DNA from: Candidatus Hydrogenedentota bacterium
Lineage (GTDB): Bacteria; Hydrogenedentota; Hydrogenedentia; Hydrogenedentales; SLHB01
NCBI GenBank assembly: GCA_963745075.1
Contig: CAVUWV010000036.1
Coordinates: 128,001-192,000 of the forward strand
DNA: 64,000 bases
Direction of reading: 5' to 3'
The notes below the pieces were generated by a model, which had not been told where the DNA came from, did not search any database, and saw only the letters and a program-made list of their open reading frames with translations. The position numbers and the translations under genes are program-made. Position 1 is the first letter of the stretch, and the number at the start of each line of letters is the position of its first letter. Shown piece after piece: positions 61,013 through 64,000 of the stretch.

Positions 61013-61729
61013 TCACTCCTCTCCTTCCACGCGGAAGGTTACATAGCGCCGCCGCAGCCAGCCCACGCCGATGAGATCGTAGATGCCCCGCCACAGCCGG
61101 TTATGAATGCCATATTTCGACACCCCGTGAATCCGCGGGTGGTGTGTAACCGGACATTCGGTCAACGAGAACCCACCGTTGCGCACCATAACCGCGAAGT
61201 AGCGGTGCACCCCATTGAACGGCACGATGTGGTCCACACAGCACCGGCGGAACCCCTTGCTGCCACACCCCGCGTCGCGGATACCGTCGTCGAGAATCAT
61301 GCGGCGCACCCCGTTCCCAATCTTGCTCGATATCTTGCGAATCCAGGTGTCTTGCCGGTTGGCCCGGTAACCGCACACACAATCGTAGTCCTTCAACAAT
61401 TCCAACATCTTCGGAAAATCACTGGGATCGTTCTGTAAGTCCCCGTCCAGCGTCAGGATATAGTCGCCCCGGGCCCGCCGCATGCCCGCCACCAGCGCGG
61501 CCGACTGCCCCCGATTCTCAGCGAGATGCAGCGGTATCACGTGCGGATCTTCCGCCTGAAGCGTCTCCAGCCGTTCCCGCGTCGCGTCGGTGCTGCAATC
61601 GTTGACGAACAGACACTCGTAGTCATACTCCCGCAACTCGCCGAACACCGCCGCGATCCTCTTCGCCAACGGCCGCACGTTGTCCTCCTCGTTGTAAAAC
61701 GGGACGACTACCGACACCAATGTCTTCAT
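61013..61729 (-). CDS. Polyprenol-phosphate glycosyltransferase (GT2, DPM synthase/ArnC-like)
   Basis: SVVVPFYNEE, NDCSTD, NRGQSAAL, LDGDLQNDP, DAGCGSKGF, HPRIHGVSKYG. Confidence 0.9.
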   Translation of the reverse strand: MKTLVSVVVPFYNEEDNVRPLAKRIAAVFGELREYDYECLFVNDCSTDATRERLETLQAEDPHVIPLHLAENRGQSAALVAGMRRARGDYILTLDGDLQNDPSDFPKMLELLKDYDCVCGYRANRQDTWIRKISSKIGNGVRRMILDDGIRDAGCGSKGFRRCCVDHIVPFNGVHRYFAVMVRNGGFSLTECPVTHHPRIHGVSKYGIHNRLWRGIYDLIGVGWLRRRYVTFRVEGEE

Positions 61730-61836
61730 TTCGAGGCCTTCCTTCTCCGCCTGAAAACGCGAAGTATACTACAGCGATGACGCCCGAATCAGCCGCAGCG
61801 GAGTCTCGAGGCTGGAGGAATTCGCCACGAACCAAA

Positions 61837-61890
61837 TCTGCGTCAGTCCGTCCGTGCAGGTCCGTGTCCGTCCGTGTGGGTCCACGCAGA
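61837..61890. repeat. 10-bp TCCGTG tandem repeat inside a short inverted repeat
   Basis: TCTGCGT..TCCGTGCAGG TCCGTGTCCG TCCGTGTGGG TCC ACGCAGA. Confidence 0.6.
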
Positions 61891-61975
61891 ATCTCCCCCC
61901 GCCTCTTGGATTGCGCCATCCAATCCCGCATAATCGGTCCCTGCTGCAAGTTGCACCCGTATCACGGAGATCGCT

Positions 61976-62413
61976 ATGGCCCGCCTTTCCGAATCGACGC
62001 TCGGTGATTTTCTGGAACGTTTTCGACAGATCGCACCGGACGCGAAACCGCTCTGGGGTGAAATGACCGCACCTCAGATGATCGGCCACCTGAACGGCGC
62101 GGCACGCTACTCCATGGGATACGGCCCCGATATTCCGTTCAAAGGCAATTGGAAAACCAGGCACATCTTCGCCCCCTTAATCCTCAACGGGTTCAAACAA
62201 ATTCCCCATAACGTCAAAGGCGCACGGTCCTCGGATCCCCCGGTTGCCGACCTCCCCACCCTTGAAACCTCACTACAAGAAATGCTCGAGAAATACCGCG
62301 CCGGCGCCTTCAATCCGCCACACCATCCCTTCTTCGGAACGATCGGGCCCAACGGCTGGATGAAGTTCCACGGTCTCCACCTCGACCATCACCTGCGGCA
62401 ATTCGGCGTATGA
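61976..62413 (+). CDS. DUF1569/DinB-superfamily protein
   Basis: PLWGEMTAPQMIGHL, HPFFG, HLDHHLRQFGV. Confidence 0.85.
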   Translation: MARLSESTLGDFLERFRQIAPDAKPLWGEMTAPQMIGHLNGAARYSMGYGPDIPFKGNWKTRHIFAPLILNGFKQIPHNVKGARSSDPPVADLPTLETSLQEMLEKYRAGAFNPPHHPFFGTIGPNGWMKFHGLHLDHHLRQFGV

Positions 62414-62429
62414 TCGGCATCGGAGCCTC

Positions 62430-63503
62430 ATGAAACAACTCTTCCTCACACTCTTCGTCCTTATGCTGCTGCCGGCCATGTACCTCCTTTTCTGGCCCGT
62501 GGAGATCCAGCCCGTTGCGTGGAATCCTCCCAAGGCGCCGCCGCTTGAAGGGATCTATGCGGTTAACTATCGCCTCGACAGCGCCGAACGCCTGCTCGCC
62601 GGACAGTTGACCGGTCCTGAAGACGTGACCCGGGACGCCACCGGCCACTTGTATACCGGCGTCGACGACGGCCAAATCCTTCGCTTCAACTCGGAAGGGA
62701 CGGACGTAGCGGTCTTCGCCGACACCCACGGCCGGCCGCTCGGCATGGCCTGGGACGCGAATGGAAACCTGATCGTCGCCGACGCGCTTCAAGGCCTGCT
62801 CTCCGTCGATCCCGAAGGGAAGGTAACCACGCTGGTGACCGAAGCGGACGGAATCCCCCTCGGCTTCACCGACGACGTGGACGTGGCGAATGACGGCACC
62901 ATCTATTTCACCGACGCGAGTTGGCGGTTTCACGTGCCCAACTACATGGCCGATCTCATGGACGGCCGCGGCAACGGCCGTTTCCTGGCCTACGACCCGA
63001 CGACGAAACGAACGCGCGAACTCATCGGCGACCTCGCCTTCGCCAACGGCGTGACGCTGAGTCCCGACCAGACGTTCGTTCTCGTGAACGAAACGTGGCG
63101 CTACCGCGTGTTGCGTTATTGGCTCGAAGGCGACAAGAAAGGCACGTGGGACGTCTTTATCGACAACCTGCCCGGCTTCCCCGACAACATCTCGTCAAAC
63201 GGCAAAGACACCTTCTGGCTCGCCCTGTTCACCACGCGCAATCCCATGGGCGACATGCTCGCGCCGTACCCATTCCTGCGAAAAGTGGTCTGGCGCTTGC
63301 CAAAATCCCTCATCCCCCAGGCCAAACCCTACAGCTTCGCCCTCGGCCTCGACCTCGAAGGCAACGTCATCCACAACCTACAAGGCCCCCGCGCCGTCGT
63401 CGCGCCCGTCACCAGCGTCAACCAGTTCGACGACACCCTCTACCTCGGCAGCGTTGAAGACGACGCCATCGGCCGCATAACCGTTCCGCAACAGCAACCG
63501 TGA
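62430..63503 (+). CDS. SMP-30/strictosidine-synthase-like beta-propeller
   Basis: GPED, GRPLG, IYFTDAS, LAFANGV, NLPGFPDNI, LYLGS; N-terminal anchor. Confidence 0.9.
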   Translation: MKQLFLTLFVLMLLPAMYLLFWPVEIQPVAWNPPKAPPLEGIYAVNYRLDSAERLLAGQLTGPEDVTRDATGHLYTGVDDGQILRFNSEGTDVAVFADTHGRPLGMAWDANGNLIVADALQGLLSVDPEGKVTTLVTEADGIPLGFTDDVDVANDGTIYFTDASWRFHVPNYMADLMDGRGNGRFLAYDPTTKRTRELIGDLAFANGVTLSPDQTFVLVNETWRYRVLRYWLEGDKKGTWDVFIDNLPGFPDNISSNGKDTFWLALFTTRNPMGDMLAPYPFLRKVVWRLPKSLIPQAKPYSFALGLDLEGNVIHNLQGPRAVVAPVTSVNQFDDTLYLGSVEDDAIGRITVPQQQP

Positions 63504-63752
63504 CGGACTCGCCACCCGGACGGGACCAGCGAAAAAGTGCAGACCGGAAGCAAAACGCGGCACTGTGGGACTGGCGCCCCTTGTGCATTTGCCCAACGGA
63601 GCGTATCATCGAAGAGGGACAGCGGCACCCCACTCAACGTTCGAGCTACGTTTCTGCGGCATCCAAAGTAGACGCAGCTTCCAGCCGCGTTGGATCTTCG
63701 AACGCACTGCCGCTACCGAGAAACAGGACCTCCCGAGGCCGGAGGATGCAAT

Positions 63753-64000
63753 ATGCACATCGAATACGATGTCCTCGGCGACGACACCATCGCCGCGATC
63801 CGGGGTGACTGGGACGCGTTCGCATCCGCCAACGGTGCCGCGGCCCTTACCACCGATGCCGTTATCGGACGCAGTCTCTGGGAATTCGTCGAGGGGCAAA
63901 ACGTCCGCGCCTTGTACCGCATGCTGGTCGAACACGTCCGCGCGACCGGCAAACCGAAAGATTTCCAGTTCCATTGCGACGACAGCATATACGTCCGGCT
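63753..64000 (+). CDS. PAS-like protein, partial
   Basis: Hand translation MHIEYDVLGDDTIAAIRGDWDAFASANGA...VIGRSLWEFVEG...LYRMLVEHVRATGKPKDFQFHCD; GGAGG RBS; open to window end. Confidence 0.65.
   Translation, partial: MHIEYDVLGDDTIAAIRGDWDAFASANGAAALTTDAVIGRSLWEFVEGQNVRALYRMLVEHVRATGKPKDFQFHCDDSIYVR

Noticed and set aside
62430..63503. Alkaloid biosynthesis gene
   Set aside because: Bacterial strictosidine-synthase-like proteins are generally hydrolases; no biosynthetic cluster context

Overview
GC-rich bacterial chromosomal window with about 50 CDS and one tRNA-Glu(TTC). I saw no rRNA, CRISPR array, integrase or transposase. Gene content (planctomycete-type cytochrome c/DUF1549/DUF1553 plus DUF1501, DUF6807/PmoA-family, GH78/GH106, Tat-exported Gfo) suggests a PVC-like or Hydrogenedentes-like diderm (inference only). 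Content in order: GAF-PAS kinase/REC/REC-PP2C signalling operon; PSCyt-DUF1501 pair; three-phosphoesterase operon; fabH; nikR; rimB-deacylase-rimK(RCK_C); sigma54-driven REC/PRC-barrel pair; 5-oxoprolinase; DASS transporter; two-domain amidase; sugar/rhamnoside catabolic genes; vapBC convergent on rtcB; ilvD; comEC; GT2-LAB_N-ArnT cassette. Ten genes are broken by single-base indels, most likely long-read consensus errors. Best candidates for new biology: (1) a stand-alone 41-aa anionic hydrophobic micro-protein with its own promoter, RBS and terminator upstream of comEC; (2) RimK fused to an RCK_C domain in a RimB/deacylase cluster; (3) vapBC tail-to-tail with rtcB; (4) a multi-helix leader upstream of fabH; (5) at least five unrelated families of intergenic REP-doublet/MITE-like inverted repeats with no mobiliser in view; (6) an amidase with one active and one dead domain. 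All family calls come from reading motifs by eye; no database searches were run.
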